Positions 12,872 through 26,069 of a stretch of DNA of 64,000 bases are shown piece after piece. Location of the stretch: assembly GCA_002633005.1 (NCBI GenBank), contig NMRA01000361.1, positions 396,302 to 460,301 of the forward strand. Direction: 5' to 3'. Source of the DNA: Phoronis australis. Its lineage: Eukaryota; Animalia; Phoronida. How positions within the stretch are numbered: the stretch's first letter is position 1; each line of letters begins with the position of its first letter. Under the pieces are notes generated by a model. That model saw only the letters and a program-made list of their open reading frames with translations. It was not told the DNA's origin and made no database searches. Made by a program: the position numbers and the translations under genes.

Positions 12872-15670
12872 TTAATGATGGTGATCTTCCTTATAAAAGC
12901 GTAGACCACAATATCCACATGTATGGGAGCCTGGCTGGTCCTGAAACAAGTCACATGGCGTGAGTATGCTCGACATTGATTCTTCCACACCTTTCTCGTT
13001 AAGAGCGAGAAAAGTGACTTCCTGAGATTAGCCAGCATGGAATCAAGCCTGCAGTAAACGCGGTCGCAGTGCAACACTCAGCTGGCGGAGTGAAATACCA
13101 TTCAATAAGTTGCGGAACACTTTAAACATATTTCAGAGAATGTCTAGCAGACTACGGCAAGAATTGAAAATTGTAAATAAAATCACAAAAACACCACAAA
13201 ATTTGTTGTTTCATAGCTCTGGTCAAAGCCAACAACAAGAAGGGTACCTCACCGAACAATAAAGGATCCCAAAATGAGGTTTTCAACCATAAAACCGATG
13301 TACTTCTAACATGATTCTGATTTATAGCGAATTTTTTCAATAAAGTCAACCTTGCTGTACTTGAGCCTCACACCATCACTGTCCAGTAACTGATGTATAC
13401 ACATGTGCAAGACAATCTTAATAAAAAGGTTCTAAAATACACAAACCAGCTGCAAAACACTGCAATAAGTTGATACAGAAGCTGTAGCTAAATGTCAATA
13501 AGCTCTAAATATGCACACTAAGATATCAGTGAATAAAAAAATGAAGTGAATGAATTATTTTAAGTGTACTCAAAGCCTAACTTCAATGAAATTTTGTTAT
13601 TTAAGACGTATCAGGCTAACCAGACAGTCCGAGCAAAGACTTAGCAAAATAAGAAAACGCGACTTTAATCACTCAGATGTAGGCCCATCAAATGATAGTT
13701 GAAGTTGCCTTTTCGTGCCATATTGCGTCACCGCGAGGTACCACCACAAACATAAAAAAGGCCGATAACAGCTGTAATTAATATGGGCCTGGATAGTACA
13801 CCATTGCGATTGGGTGTTTTTCAGAGCTGTTTCAATTAAAACGTGATTCTAGTGCTGGCATAGACAAAAACAAGCCAGTAATTACAATTGTACGGCAATG
13901 GTGGGCTCAGGGCCATGCTCTTAACATACTGTAGGAACCAAATTTACACATTACCGGTCAAGACAGGCTAGAAACTTCTGTGGACTAGATGAATCCTACA
14001 GTGAGTGGACTGAAATACTAATTCATACAAAGAAAATACTTCCTGGTAAGTAAACATAAAGCATGCCATTCATAAAAGAGTACACAAAGATTTCAAAGAC
14101 CATAACACATCAACGCCATCTTTTGCAACATTAATGACACTATTTTTGATTTTTACTCACTAAGTTTATGTAGACTTTAGGATGTCCCAGGGGCCCTCCA
14201 CCCCCATCACAGGAGACTACCCTCTCTTCTGATGCCATGGGAGCCACCTCGGCTATTAGGTCAATAGCTCTCTTCTCAGAAATCTGTGCAATAAATAAAC
14301 ACAAATATAAACCCATTTTCTCCTCTGAAAAACCATATAATCAATGAGACAGGTGGTATGGTAAAAAAACAAAACAAAACCAAATCAGTTTTTGACATTT
14401 ACTAGTTAAAGATATTCACTTAACAACTTTGTTGGTGGGATTTTCCATTTTGGACAATGACCTAAGGTAAAATTTTATCCCCAGGATTTAAAGCCTGGAA
14501 GTGTAATTATGAAGACAATGATGCAAGTCGAGTTTTCATACCTGTTTTGGAGTATAGGTAAATCTGGCTAATCTGTAGTCATCTGCCTCCCACTTCTGAA
14601 AACAATAGTCAGAATTACCAATCAGAGCCATTGTTCACAGCTAACCAGCTTCAAACAGATGCTTGAAAATTGTTAAGACATCTAACAGCACAAGACTTAA
14701 TATATGGGATTGGGTTGGGTCTTGGGTGGCTCAATAACAGAAGATGGCACACGTAAAGCAGTGTTGCCCGTAGGCCCTGAAAAACAGTTTGCTTTATATT
14801 TCAATAGTAAGGGAAGAAAACTGTTCAAAATAAATCATGACTCACAGCCAGAGTACTTTTATGAGTTAGAAGGATTTAATTAAGTAAACAACGTCCTCCA
14901 GACAAACACAAAGCCGTCCCTGTATGCATGAAAGGTACTTAAAACGACATGACAATGACACCCAGACCAGAGTGAATGATAATACGCAGAGAAGTACTAG
15001 TACACGGTTATAGTGGGATATACAAGTGATACCGCTTGGCAATACATAGGAGAAGAGGCATGGCCTAGGACTAGAAAGATTCAAAATCTCAAGCACTATT
15101 ACATATCCCAACACTCCGGAAACTTTCCGGCAAATTACTCAAACCTGTTGAAGCGACAGGTTAAAACTGGTCGCGGAGAAGACTGATATACATGTCGATT
15201 AGAGATTGCATAATTGCATAGCCTATTAAGACAACATCTGAAGTGATCGTTAAACAAGCATGGATCTCATCACGCCTTGTTTATAAATAAGCAAGTTGCA
15301 CAAACAAGTCTTGTTCTCCAAGCCTTGGTCTGATCACTGACACACTAGTAGAATATAGTGGCCCTTATTTAGAGAACCAGGCAATCATGGAAAAACAGAC
15401 CGCTATGTCCCAGTAATCCGACTAGTGCCAAGGACTAAAACTCAGTTCAGAAGGAGCTTCCTTTGGCTTGCTTGTCGATTTTACCACGTAAGTTAGCACA
15501 GAGTGCTTTGAAATGTGTAGAGTCATCACCTGTCCCGTATGTGTTTCTAAGTCCTCTGATGATGGCTGCGAACTCCTGAGAACAGCATTTCCAGAAATTC
15601 TTCGAATAACCGTGTGAAATTTAAAAATATTTGTAGGTAAGCATACAGTTCGTAGAAGTGGAGTCGCCAT
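12872..15670 (-). CDS. NDUFS6: NADH dehydrogenase [ubiquinone] iron-sulfur protein 6 (complex I 13 kDa zinc-binding subunit), 128 aa; exons 15530-15670, 14542-14595, 14161-14283, 12872-12940
   Basis: Spliced translation: Arg/Ser/Thr-rich mitochondrial presequence...ETHTGQ|[18 protein letters not shown]|[41 protein letters not shown]|[22 protein letters not shown]. The THTGQ, [18 protein letters not shown] and CGYCGLRF motifs are diagnostic (zf-CHCC). All introns are phase-0 GT-AG. Confidence 0.97.
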
Positions 15671-18034
15671 TTTGAAAATGAAAATAATGGACATGATTCA
15701 AGGAAACGATTGAACAACTTGGGGCGACATCTTTTGTCAAACGAAATAACAATGCTGATCAAGTGTCCTAGAAATTCGCTGAGTAGCTTGTTGGCGAACA
15801 TGTAAGTTACGTAGAAATTTACAAGTTTCTCGGATGATTTTTGAACAAAAATTTACCCTTGAATAGGTCAATTTTTTAAATGGCGAATAAATGAGATATC
15901 GCAAACACCTGGGGCTGCACCTAAGTTAAGCCGGACCTCAGACGTAAAAATGGTCTTTGCTACCTCAGAAATTGCCGATAGGGTTCAGATACTCTGCTTT
16001 ATCCGCTGCTCTCCAAAAATGTATTAGGAATTGTTTTTAAAATGTACTTTTGCACGAAAGGCTATCAAAAATAGGAGCTTGATGAAAAATAAAACTCACA
16101 TAATATGAAAACGTAGAGATAATTTTAAAAAATGTAAACTTTTTTAAGATTGCATTTCAAAAATTTGTATCAAACGGGATTTGGACATGCAATTGATGTT
16201 GTTGTTTTGCTATGAATGAATCTTTCATTTTTGTAAAATTTCACTAAAGACACACGGCCCGTGACCCATGTGGTTGTAGTCAAAAATCGAATTCTACAGG
16301 CTTTCTATTTTCAGAGAATACATACTTTCGCAGAGTTAGTTCTGTAGATACTTGGGTAAGTGCACATACTTGTCAATAAGTCCTACATAACATTAAAATA
16401 CTACGTCCTACAACATTCTATCATCACTCTATGGTGCACTCATCCTGTCTCATTTTCACCGTGACGTCATGAAATGAGTTATTTGTAACGTACTTAGACC
16501 ACTACAAAAAGAAAGTTATTTGGGCATGTCAACAAAGTTTTACTATTCCACTTTTTAAAGGATTAAACATGTCTGATCTTCATGACATTATTCAACAGTT
16601 GTTGTTTGAATTTCTTTTACAATTGTTGTAACTAGTTATAGGCTAGCTTCATTTGTAACTTTCCTACTCTGACCAATAATCAAACAATTAAAAGATCACG
16701 AAGAAAACGATCACGAAGAATACCTGCAATACACAGGCATTCCACACACATCACGCACGCGCACAAGCACACAAAAACACGCGCGCGCGCTCGCGAGCAC
16801 ACACATTATCCTTTCATTGAATTTAGTATTGTTTGAAAATCTCAGTCGGCTCGCGTTTCATCCTAATTAACCGAAATATTCAGGTTTTGGTATTTGAATT
16901 TGTTAAACCATGGTTAGTGACAAATAGAAAACGTAAAATAACAAAACAGTTCAATCGAATACATTTATTGTCACATCACTAAAATCGGCAGCTTTGCATT
17001 CTCTAAAATGAATAATTTTGAATTGAAAAAGTGCAGCTGTATGTAAAAGTGTTAGCAAACGCTTTTACGCGATGCACGCTTTGTTTCATAAACCAACTGT
17101 GTTTTAATATATGCTCTTTAGAATGATGGAGACTACCTATTTGTTAAATAATGATATAATTTAGACGGAAGTTAAATCACACAAAAATGAGCAACTTTTG
17201 ACGAGGATTTTTTTATTATTTGAAAGTACACCTATACAATGAAACATGACATGTTGTATTTAAAGAGCTCACAGCTCAGACAGAGCCCACTGCCTAGATT
17301 AAAACAAATTATGTCTTAGGATTAAGACACAATTTACATATGCTTTTTAGTTTTAAGTATTTCAGCTTGGTTCTCTTCCTTCTTCATTTCGTAATGCAAT
17401 ATTTTTGTTTGTCACAAAGATTCTCGGAAAGTAACCTCCAATGACGTCACAATACATGTGATCAGGTCAAACCAATAACACGTTTCACCAACTTTCGAAG
17501 TAGAACATTTTGAATTATGTTACGGTGAACGCTTTGTCAACAAACTTTTGTAGAAACTGGTAAAATTGTAATGCAACATTATTATGATATCACTGTCGCT
17601 ATTTTTTGTTTGATTTAGTTTAATGACAGCTCTAAACTGTTGATAATGACGATGTAATGTTGTTTAGTTATCAATTAAATCAAAAGAAATGGTGGCGATA
17701 TACAACCAATTACCAATTTTACAACGATGGATGTTAGCTAATGAGATTTAATGTTGCCCTTTCTATGACAAGGTTTATTTGTTTGTTTACACGGTGTCTC
17801 GCCAGCAAAATTACAAAAGGGTTTTCAAAAGGACAGACAAGCACGCAGGCAGCGGACAGACAGTCAAACCGACAGCCAGTCAGACAGACTCAAACGCACA
17901 CTACAACCAAGTGGATTGTTGACAAAGGCGTCATGAAAGCACGAGGAAGCCCTTTACAAGAATGAGATGCTACACAGGCAGAACATTGAACTGAGCAAGT
18001 CTAATATTGTTCGACATGAATTATTGCGCCTTAA

Positions 18035-18365
18035 AGGCACATCAATCGATTTTACGACTGAGAAACGCCAGCATCAAAAATTTGGGGATTATTGTAGGAT
18101 TATGTGATACTAGGCTTCTTGAAGTGATTAACTTTGATTAGACCTATAAAAAACAAAATCCACGTTGAGTGTATTTCGTGATTTCACTGCAAATTGCCAG
18201 TATTCGCCATTGTTTATCATTTCAATTCTCTCAACTAAAATACTCTGCTGGTTACTGCGTGGACCTTAGTTTAAAGGCACAATTGCTGCTACTACAGAGA
18301 TGTTACGCCCAATAACGCGCCACTGCTAATTCTGAAAATGTACTATTCGCGCGGAGAATGTCCCT
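18035..18365. mobile_element. Kolobok-like non-autonomous element with TTAA TSD; copies at 37981-38315 and ~49287-49628
   Basis: TTAA|AGG(C/G)ACAT...ATGTCCCT|TTAA termini. It is present upstream of all three peptide genes, so it predates the duplications. Confidence 0.6.
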
Positions 18366-19067
18366 TTAAGAGGCTTCAACGGAGTACTCAAGGGACTAAG
18401 ACACAAATTCCCGCTGTCCTCTTCGATATCAAAGCAAGTTTGCTTTAATTTTTTCTTTATCAAGGTTTTAAGAGGTCCCTGGGCTGTGGAAAAACAAACT
18501 CTGTGGTATTAGTTAAGTTTAACTATCTCGTCCAGAGTGTCGATTTTGGCGCAAAAATTCAAAGTTTTTTTTTGCCAGTAGCCTTGCTGGTAATTTGAAT
18601 CTCTCAAAGTCTGAATACCAGTGTAAATGAGTACTCAGTGTTATGCACCCTTGTATGTATTGGGAGGTCTCTGGCTTATTTATAATTGGCAGTGTTTACT
18701 TGATGTCACTAATTCCATATGCTTTGCGATTTTAAATGTACAGGTTTGGAAAACTTGAATGGAATTAAAAATCTGCCGGTCTCGCGGCGAGAAAAATCTA
18801 ACCAAAATCACGTGCTCTCATTGAAAATACAGGACAGTACCTCACAAAATCTTGCTTTTCTGGCGTGTTACTAGTGTTGTATTGAACTCTACCCGGTTGT
18901 GTACCAATATCGCAATGCAGTTCTGGTGTATTCAGTAACAACGCAGACTTTGAATTCTAGACAGAAATCCGACCAGACTTGCTATACGTACCCAGTGTAT
19001 CGTTTCTTTAATTGTGCAGACCTTGAAATTAGCGTTGTGTGCTTTCTAAACTATTAGTGTGCCTACG

Positions 19068-19189
19068 GTAAACAAATTACACTTCCCTTTCCAGAAAATC
19101 GCATCTGAATGACCGCATTACGTAAATAAATAATGATTATGCTTCCCCGTTCACCACCTGTTGTTTGTGATTTCTGCTCTATATATAAA
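19068..19189 (+). promoter_or_regulatory. Proximal promoter of secreted-peptide gene 1: FOX-type GTAAACAAA, GAS/STAT-like TTCCAGAAA, bZIP palindrome TTACGTAA, TATA box
   Basis: Motifs at 19068-19076, 19089-19097, 19118-19125; TATATAAA at 19182-19189, ~85 bp before the ATG. The same order is found at 39021-39140 and 50178-50297. Confidence 0.55.
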
Positions 19190-19272
19190 CGGGTTCTTAA
19201 GCCAAATTCATCAAGAGTTACATCAAGCTTGGTACCCTACTAACAAGCACTACAAGAAGTTGAAAAATCAAG

Positions 19273-21258
19273 ATGAAAGTTTATATGTGAGCATTACTTT
19301 TTATTTTCAACTGAATATTAGAAAATTGTATTTTCAACTTTTGAAATGAAGGTTGTAAGAGATTTGTAGATGATATTTTCACTTATTATTTATGTTATTT
19401 ATGATTTAAACTGGTTTTGAAGATATGCTTCATAAGCAAAGACTTAAGTTATGGTCACCAAGTAAAACATTTTGAAGAGAATAAGATGTTTCAGAACCGA
19501 TACAGGTGTTGCAATTAGTAATGCGTATATCTCAAAATATCTTTTATTATTGGCACTGATTTAGATTCAAAAAAATTTCCTATCATTTTCTATCATTTAG
19601 TACTGACAACTGATTTAATCAACGAGGGTACTTAAACATGATAAAAAGTATCACTCTAGCGTATATAATCGTACCGCTGTATATCAGCGCGTTGATATCA
19701 CTAGGTATACACGTCATATGTAGTGGTCACATCGCGTGACCTATAGTTAAATGTGAAAGGAAGACAATTCGTACTTAGAGTATAATATTGTATTATAAAT
19801 TTTATTAGGCACTGTGTTTTTATGGCTCTCAAGTCGTTCATTTGACCCTATGATTCAGTTGTCCGAAATGATCTTAAAACAGTCTTAGGAAACTTCTGTA
19901 TCCTCAAACGTAAGTCTGTCTCAGAATATCTCCAGCAAAAGCCAATATGCGCTTATGAAACGCACGTTCTCGTTTCCAACTTTTCAGGAATTCGAAACCC
20001 TTCTGAAACTGTTCGCAGGACAAGATTTCTAGTAAAGACACTCGTTGTATGGAATAAAACCAAATCAATTGCACAGTACATGTACCAACAGTGGTTCATC
20101 GTTTAAGAAACTCGTACGGTTTTAACATTACATTTGCAGGGTTTTGGCTTTGGTAGGTTTGCTGGTGGTGGTCAATGTCTCGTCAGAAGAATCGCATCGT
20201 GAGAAAAGGTAGGTTGACATTTGATATAAAAAAGTTTTAAATTTTCCTATTAACAGAGTCATGCTACACTATGTAAATTTGTGAACAAGTCGCCTCCTCA
20301 CAATTTTGTTGCTACGTATATTAGGATGTTGCTCAGACCGTTGCATGTTTTCGTGAAATAACGTTGTTCAAAAACTTTAAACACACCCTTTAACTTGTTT
20401 CATGAGTTGTGAACATCAATGAAATACAAACATTTCGTCCATGAAAGCGCTATACGTAGTAGTTTATGCTTTAATTTTTAGGAAATAGACTTACGGAAAA
20501 TCATATGAACGTTTTTCTAGTAATGAAAAAGATTACATTCTTTAGATTACAGCCCTGTGCATAGTAGTTTTTGCTTATTGAATACTTTCAGGAAACAGTC
20601 CTACGGAAAATCCTGTAGGCCTTTTTCTAGGAATAAAAACGATTTTAGTTGTCTATTAACTTTCCGAGAAAGCTGTCGAAACATATTAAGATGACAACTG
20701 AGAACTATGTTATCTTTCCTGGCTCTCAAGTTTAATAGCAAATCCGTGCATTGAAGGATTATTTTATTTATTACAGAGTAGCTAGAAAGCTTTCAGCGGA
20801 GTCGAAACTTGTTTTGAAATGCAAAAATGTCTTCTACTATTGTAAAAAGCTAGCTAAATTGAACATCCTCACAACCACAATCTTCGCTAGTTGTTAACCG
20901 CACCAATAATGCTGCTGCCATTGGATGGATTTTCTCAACATCTATTATACTAAGTGTCCTCGCTACTTCATATTTCAGGGGATGGGCAGGAATAACCAAG
21001 TGGGCGTTGAAAAGGCTTGCTCGATCTTTGGGAAATCCTGCCTTCAGATCAAGAGTGGTCAGGCTTTTGAGACAGTACGGTGGCAACGGGGCAGCAAATA
21101 TGGTTGACGATATGGGCAGCTTGCTGTACAATGTGGCCAATAAGTTGGACTACGTAGACAGAGTGACATGTGCCCTATTTCAAAACGCAGCTGTTCAAAT
21201 AGGTCTGCCGAGCTCTTTTGGACACGCTGTTTGTGAAGTCGTGCTGATTTTGGTGTAA
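19273..21258 (+). CDS. Uncharacterised secreted prepro-protein, paralogue 1 (120 aa; candidate antimicrobial/membrane-active); exons 19273-19286, 20140-20208, 20979-21258
   Basis: MKVYM|VLALVGLLVVVNVSSEESHREKR|GWAGITKWALKRLARSLGNPAFRSRVVRLLRQYGGNGAANMVDDMGSLLYNVANKLDYVDRVTCALFQNAAVQIGLPSSFGHAVCEVVLILV*. Two phase-2 GT-AG introns, TATA box upstream, AATAAA at 21295-21300. Exon lengths (14/69/280) are identical in all three copies. Confidence 0.88.
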
Positions 21259-24200
21259 GCTCTCACTGAGCCAATGTAACCTTATTCCTTGAACAATAAA
21301 GAATGCTGCGGAACTTGTTTTGTTTCTTTCCAATGGATACACTCCGGCAAAATGCCATTGCTTTGTTGAAATTTTTTATCCACTATAGAAACTCCATCGA
21401 GGATGATTTCGGCATATTGTGCGTTTTTGCACTAAGGCATTACCAGTAAGGGTCAAGGGGCAAATCGACGATTTTTTCCTATTTTTCGAAAATAATTTAC
21501 GCCATCAGGAAGACCAGACCAGTTTTCCATACAATGTGCTCATTTTTAATCTATGACATATCTTAACGAAGTAGTAGGGATTTGAAAATGTTGATTCCAA
21601 CGCACGCTATCGAAAATTCCCCACACGCGCTCCCGGGTATACTTCTAATGTATAGGTGGCGCTGAAGTCAAATACAGTCTCAGACATGAGCTATGATCGC
21701 CGCCATTTGGATATGCGAAAGGGTTGCTGGGAATTTTTTGTGTTCGGTGGAGATTCCTCAACGACACTCCAATAAGGAACAGCGTGTGGGTGATAATCAG
21801 AGCTACCCGAAAGAAAGGTTTATTCAAATCGGGTTGTAGCTTTTAACTATAACTTGCAGACTTAGTCGCGTTAAAAAAGTATACCAAGGTGATCAAATTT
21901 CATTAAATGATAAGAAAACGCATAACAATTTTTAATCTTATTCGCTTTAGAAAAAATGTACTTCGTCACAATCCAAAAGTCGTTCTTAAATGAGCGTAAT
22001 AAATTCTAGTGAAATGATCTCTGTTTGTTGGATTATTCATATTGCAAACAATATCAGCTGATCTTTTTGTTTCTAAGTTGTTTTAATAAAATTTTTCATT
22101 TAAACCAACACCTGTTTAATTTTCAAAAAATCTGAAGGAAAGACAAGTTCGAATGTTTTTTTTTCTGAAAAACCGCTGATGGAAATAATGGCGTTCATTT
22201 GGAAGCAAGTTTTCTTTGAATGGCATAAATGTATGCAAGACATTGGAACAATGTTTTATTAATGCTTACAACATGTAGTGTCACTCTATCAACACAAAAA
22301 ACAACACTGCATGAACAGTGACATTTTTGAACCAAAAAATCATTTTCAAATGCAGAAGTTACAATTCAGACTAAAAGTTCAAATTATAGAGTAAAAAGCA
22401 CGATTGAGTTTGAAGTCTAGCTTAATGAGCATATTTTTCTTAGCATTCATTAAAACCTTTCTAAAATCCAGTTCATGCAAATGTCTTCCTTTGAACGAGC
22501 GCTTTTTTGGGTAAGCTCTAAAAAGGCGAAGTAAAAATAATGTGTTTGGCACAATGCATGTAAACTGAGTAACAGGTCCTGGTAGCAATAACATTTCCTA
22601 AACCAACTCAGTTGCCAAGCCGACCAATCGGCATCTTCATGAATACTTTCCCCAAAAATGATGTCCCTCTGTTGCCGTTTTCATCGACTTGACAATCCTG
22701 ATTGAATATGTGGGTCTGCATTAGGTCACAGCAAGCTTGTTGCTGAAATTTTTGCTAAAAACGTAATCCTAAAAACGTAGCAATAAACAATGAGATATTC
22801 TTAAACACTTAAAAAAGAAGCCACCAATCTAGTTGTTTTGTTTCTGGAAGAGTTTGGATTGCTTCATTAATTTCTGTAGCAGTAAAAGAGATATTCAGTT
22901 TATGCGCAATATTTCCTTCCACACATTCATCCGATGAATTTCATGAGCTTCTAAGTCTTTCTTAGTTGTTTTATGTCATTACTTAGATGAACTCACAGAT
23001 TCAACAGCATTTTGAAATATTCAAAGGACCTTTGGAATGACATTGAAATTGAAATGCTACTTTTACCCATGTTATGTTTAATAAATTTCCAAACGGTTTT
23101 TGGGTTACACCTGTTCTTAGTAAAGCAATAGTTCCCTACTCATAAAACACGTTTATTCCATATCTAACATTATTTATAAATAGTGCTCGATCCAACTACG
23201 CTTTTGTTCAGGCCTGCAAGAAACGCGTACAAATAATTACCAGGAAATTGTATTGTAATAAATTGCTTCTTACGCCAGACAACTCTACTATCACCCTCCT
23301 TTGTCATATTAGATACGTACCATACCCTACCGCCCTCCTTCCCTTCCTGCCTCCCAACCCCTCTCTCTCCCTCCCGTTCCATTTCCCTCCCTCGCTCTGT
23401 GGCATGTCAATAGCACTAAAGGCTGAACGTATTTGCGTGGTCACGTTTTCATCAAAACGGTATCAAAACACTAATTGTTCTCGTTTGATAAGTATAGTAA
23501 TTAACCAAAACATTAGGTTTTGATATTTGAAGTAGTTAATTAGTGGTTTATGACAAATAGAAAAATAATAATAGGAGTGAAATTATTAAGTCAAAGCTGT
23601 AATTAATTGTCTTTACTGGCACCATTAAAACCGGCAGCTTTACATTCTCTTTAAACGACTTATTTTGAATTGAAAAACTTTAAAAATTTGTTTATGCTAT
23701 CTAGGAGTACAGCTGTGTGGAAAAGGTGTTGTCAAACGCGTGTACTCGTCTGTTTCAGTGACCAATCTTCCTTTAAATGAGCCTTTTAGAATGCCCGAGA
23801 CAACCTAGTGTTTGATTAATAATGGCACAATGAACATGGTAAAATTACAAGAAACTGTACAGCTTTTGTAGCAGATATTTTACGGTTGAAGACACCTATG
23901 AATGGATTGGAGAATGTTGAAATGCAATTAGACCCCGCTGATTATATTAACTCAATTTGTCAGTGTTTCAGGATAAAGACGTCCCACCTGTATACGGTTT
24001 TTAGTTTTAAAAATCTCATTTTGCTTTTATTCCTTCGTAATATATTGCAATTCAGTATCCCTGTTTGTCACAGCGATTATCAAAAAAGGAATTCCAATGG
24101 GGTAATGGGGTCACCAAACAAGTTACCAACTCAAACTAAGGCCTGGTTATCGTCCGCTTAATCAATAATTTGAAAGTAACACGTTTCGCCAACTTTCGAA

Positions 24201-24379
24201 AAAACGTCTGAATAAAGTTAATTCTTTGTTTGAATTAGTTTATTGACACGTCTGGATGATCACGACGATGTAATGTTGTTTAACTACCAATTGAGTGACG
24301 CTTTGGCTCACAGCAAATAGCGCAATCACACGAAATGGTGGTGTTATACTACCAATTTGTTACAACGATGAACGTTAGC

Positions 24380-24880
24380 TGCAATGTTCGCCCTAATAAG
24401 CGCCCAGGGATCTTAGAAAAATTCGCTTCAGGAAGGGGGACGCTTATTATAGCCCAAAGTTGTTGAAACCCGGTCTAGAACTCATTAAAATTACTCTCTG
24501 TGACTCATCTGTAACCTATGACAGAGTTTCTACAAAATGCCAGTACACTGCTATCAAACTTTAAATTACGAGCATTTTCAGCAAATCCCAGTGCGAAAAC
24601 TCGCCAACTGATGCGTCGCTGCCTCGCGATCGTCGATAGGTCATCATGAATTCTTGAGTAAAAATATAGTTTCGACTCAACAAGTTACCTGAAGTCCTCC
24701 TTAAGTTTTCAAAAGAGCGTCCCTACCATTTTTAAGTTCCTGTGGAGTCGGGATTAACAGCACATTAAGTCCAAATCTGCGCTAGAATGTACCCCGCAAC
24801 ACGAGAAAAATCTCTGGACGAACACACGTTGTTGTCACTTTGTTTTGAAGTTAGTCTGCGTGTGTGAGAGAGCGAGCTCT
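24380..24880 (+). mobile_element. Partial TIR-bearing non-autonomous DNA transposon (TTCGCCCTAATAAGCGCCC terminus), same family as 46719-47830 and 45640-45780
   Basis: 24380-24860 aligns with the reverse complement of 47340-47830. It begins where homology to the peptide-gene upstream unit stops. Confidence 0.7.
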
Positions 24881-26069
24881 TGTGTTACACCAGAGTTCAT
24901 TTGCCAGAGTAAACGCGATATAACGATCTCGGTGTGCATTGTAACTAAATAAATTAACACAAGCAGTAAAGCAGAATGTGTTTTGACTTGTAGTTGTTGA
25001 TCTCATCTGCTAAAAAACGTTCGACAATTGTCTCAGTAAGGCCGATATTAAGTCGCCGATAACTGGATGCATGACAATCTAACAGCTATTTTCGGGAGAT
25101 TCGGGGTTGTAAGGGTACGGAAGTGCTCACTATCAGTGGGTCATTTTGATTTTAAAAACACTAATTACGATTAATTTAATAATGCCTCCGAAATTAAGCG
25201 AAAACAGGACGAAGAATCAAGAAAAGATAAAAGATTTGGTCTTCGCAATGTTGAAAACACGTGTCTTGTGAACTCTACACTCCCAGCTATCTTTTCATAT
25301 AATCTCAACTGGCACAAGTGCAATATCAACAAGAAAAACAATATGAAACCATCGTTGTGAACACATATGAAGCAACCAAAAGGCATACATCAACACCGTC
25401 TGAAATTTTGAATAAACTAAGATCACAGAACACCTTACCCTCTGACACAGCGCCACCTATACTGCAAAGTGGCCCTGTGGAAACATGATGAACGACACAC
25501 GGAATTCCGTGTGTGGGCATGAATGCGCATGCCTTGGTTTTACTTCCGATGTAAACAAAATGGTTCACTGTGTGCGTGAAAAGGTACCGGGTATATTGCT
25601 TTGTGTTCTGTTGCACTGGAATAATAATCATTTTGATGGAGTGCATTAGGACTCATCCTGAATCTAATTTACTGATTTTAGACGTTTTATGTTCACGTTA
25701 GTTGTATTAAGTTCGAAATTGTGAACTTTCTAAGTCGTCATAGTTGAGTCTGGGACCGGCGCCAAGCCGGCTAGTAAGTCCAAGCGCGAGCGTGTTGGGT
25801 AGCCCTGTGTTAAAAAAAATACGGTGGTAAGCGCCTGTGGTGCCAAGCTGATTAGCCCTGCCTTTTTATTGTGTTCTGTCTTTACAGCCTTCACTACAAC
25901 TTCGCCAGAGTGTTTTTAGGTTTTTGATGTGATCCATTGTTACTTTGTCTAATATCAGGTCAGATAGTGTTTGTGTGAGCCAGAGGCTGAAGACTGTGCT
26001 TGTGTTTGATAAGTTGTTAAGATACAGTTCAAACTTTTCAGGTGATCAAGGTATGTCAAGTAGGCTAAT

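Larger units (their letters stand above)
15452..24380. repeat. Segmental duplication block A (NDUFS6 exon 1 and promoter + secreted-peptide gene 1 + downstream flank); paralogous to 29834-29871 + 35369-45620
   Basis: Long colinear, near-identical stretches, e.g. 15493 TTAGCACAGAGTGCTTTG = 35373; 16261-16700 = 36134-36580; 18760-19020 = 38710-38970; 22000-23400 ~ 42770-44200. Confidence 0.92.

Noticed and set aside
12604-13077. 157-aa minus-strand ORF
   Set aside because: Overlaps NDUFS6 exon 4 in a different frame, spans intron and 3' UTR, and has no recognisable motif.
17741-17965. ORF repeated at 37688-37911
   Set aside because: The frame is broken between the two copies and it contains a (CAGA)n-like tract; the similarity is explained by the segmental duplication.
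20850-21140. Minus-strand ORFs overlapping the peptide exon (also 40751-41122)
   Set aside because: Antisense shadows of exon 3; their lengths and ends are not conserved among copies.
20980-21258. Assignment of the peptide to big defensin, saposin/NK-lysin, scorpine or macin families
   Set aside because: Only two Cys (64, 85); these families require characteristic arrays of six or more Cys.
21612-21623. kB-like site GGGGAATTTTC on the minus strand 3' of gene 1 (also ~42400)
   Set aside because: Downstream of the gene, degraded in copy 3, and short enough to be chance; not reported as a regulatory feature.
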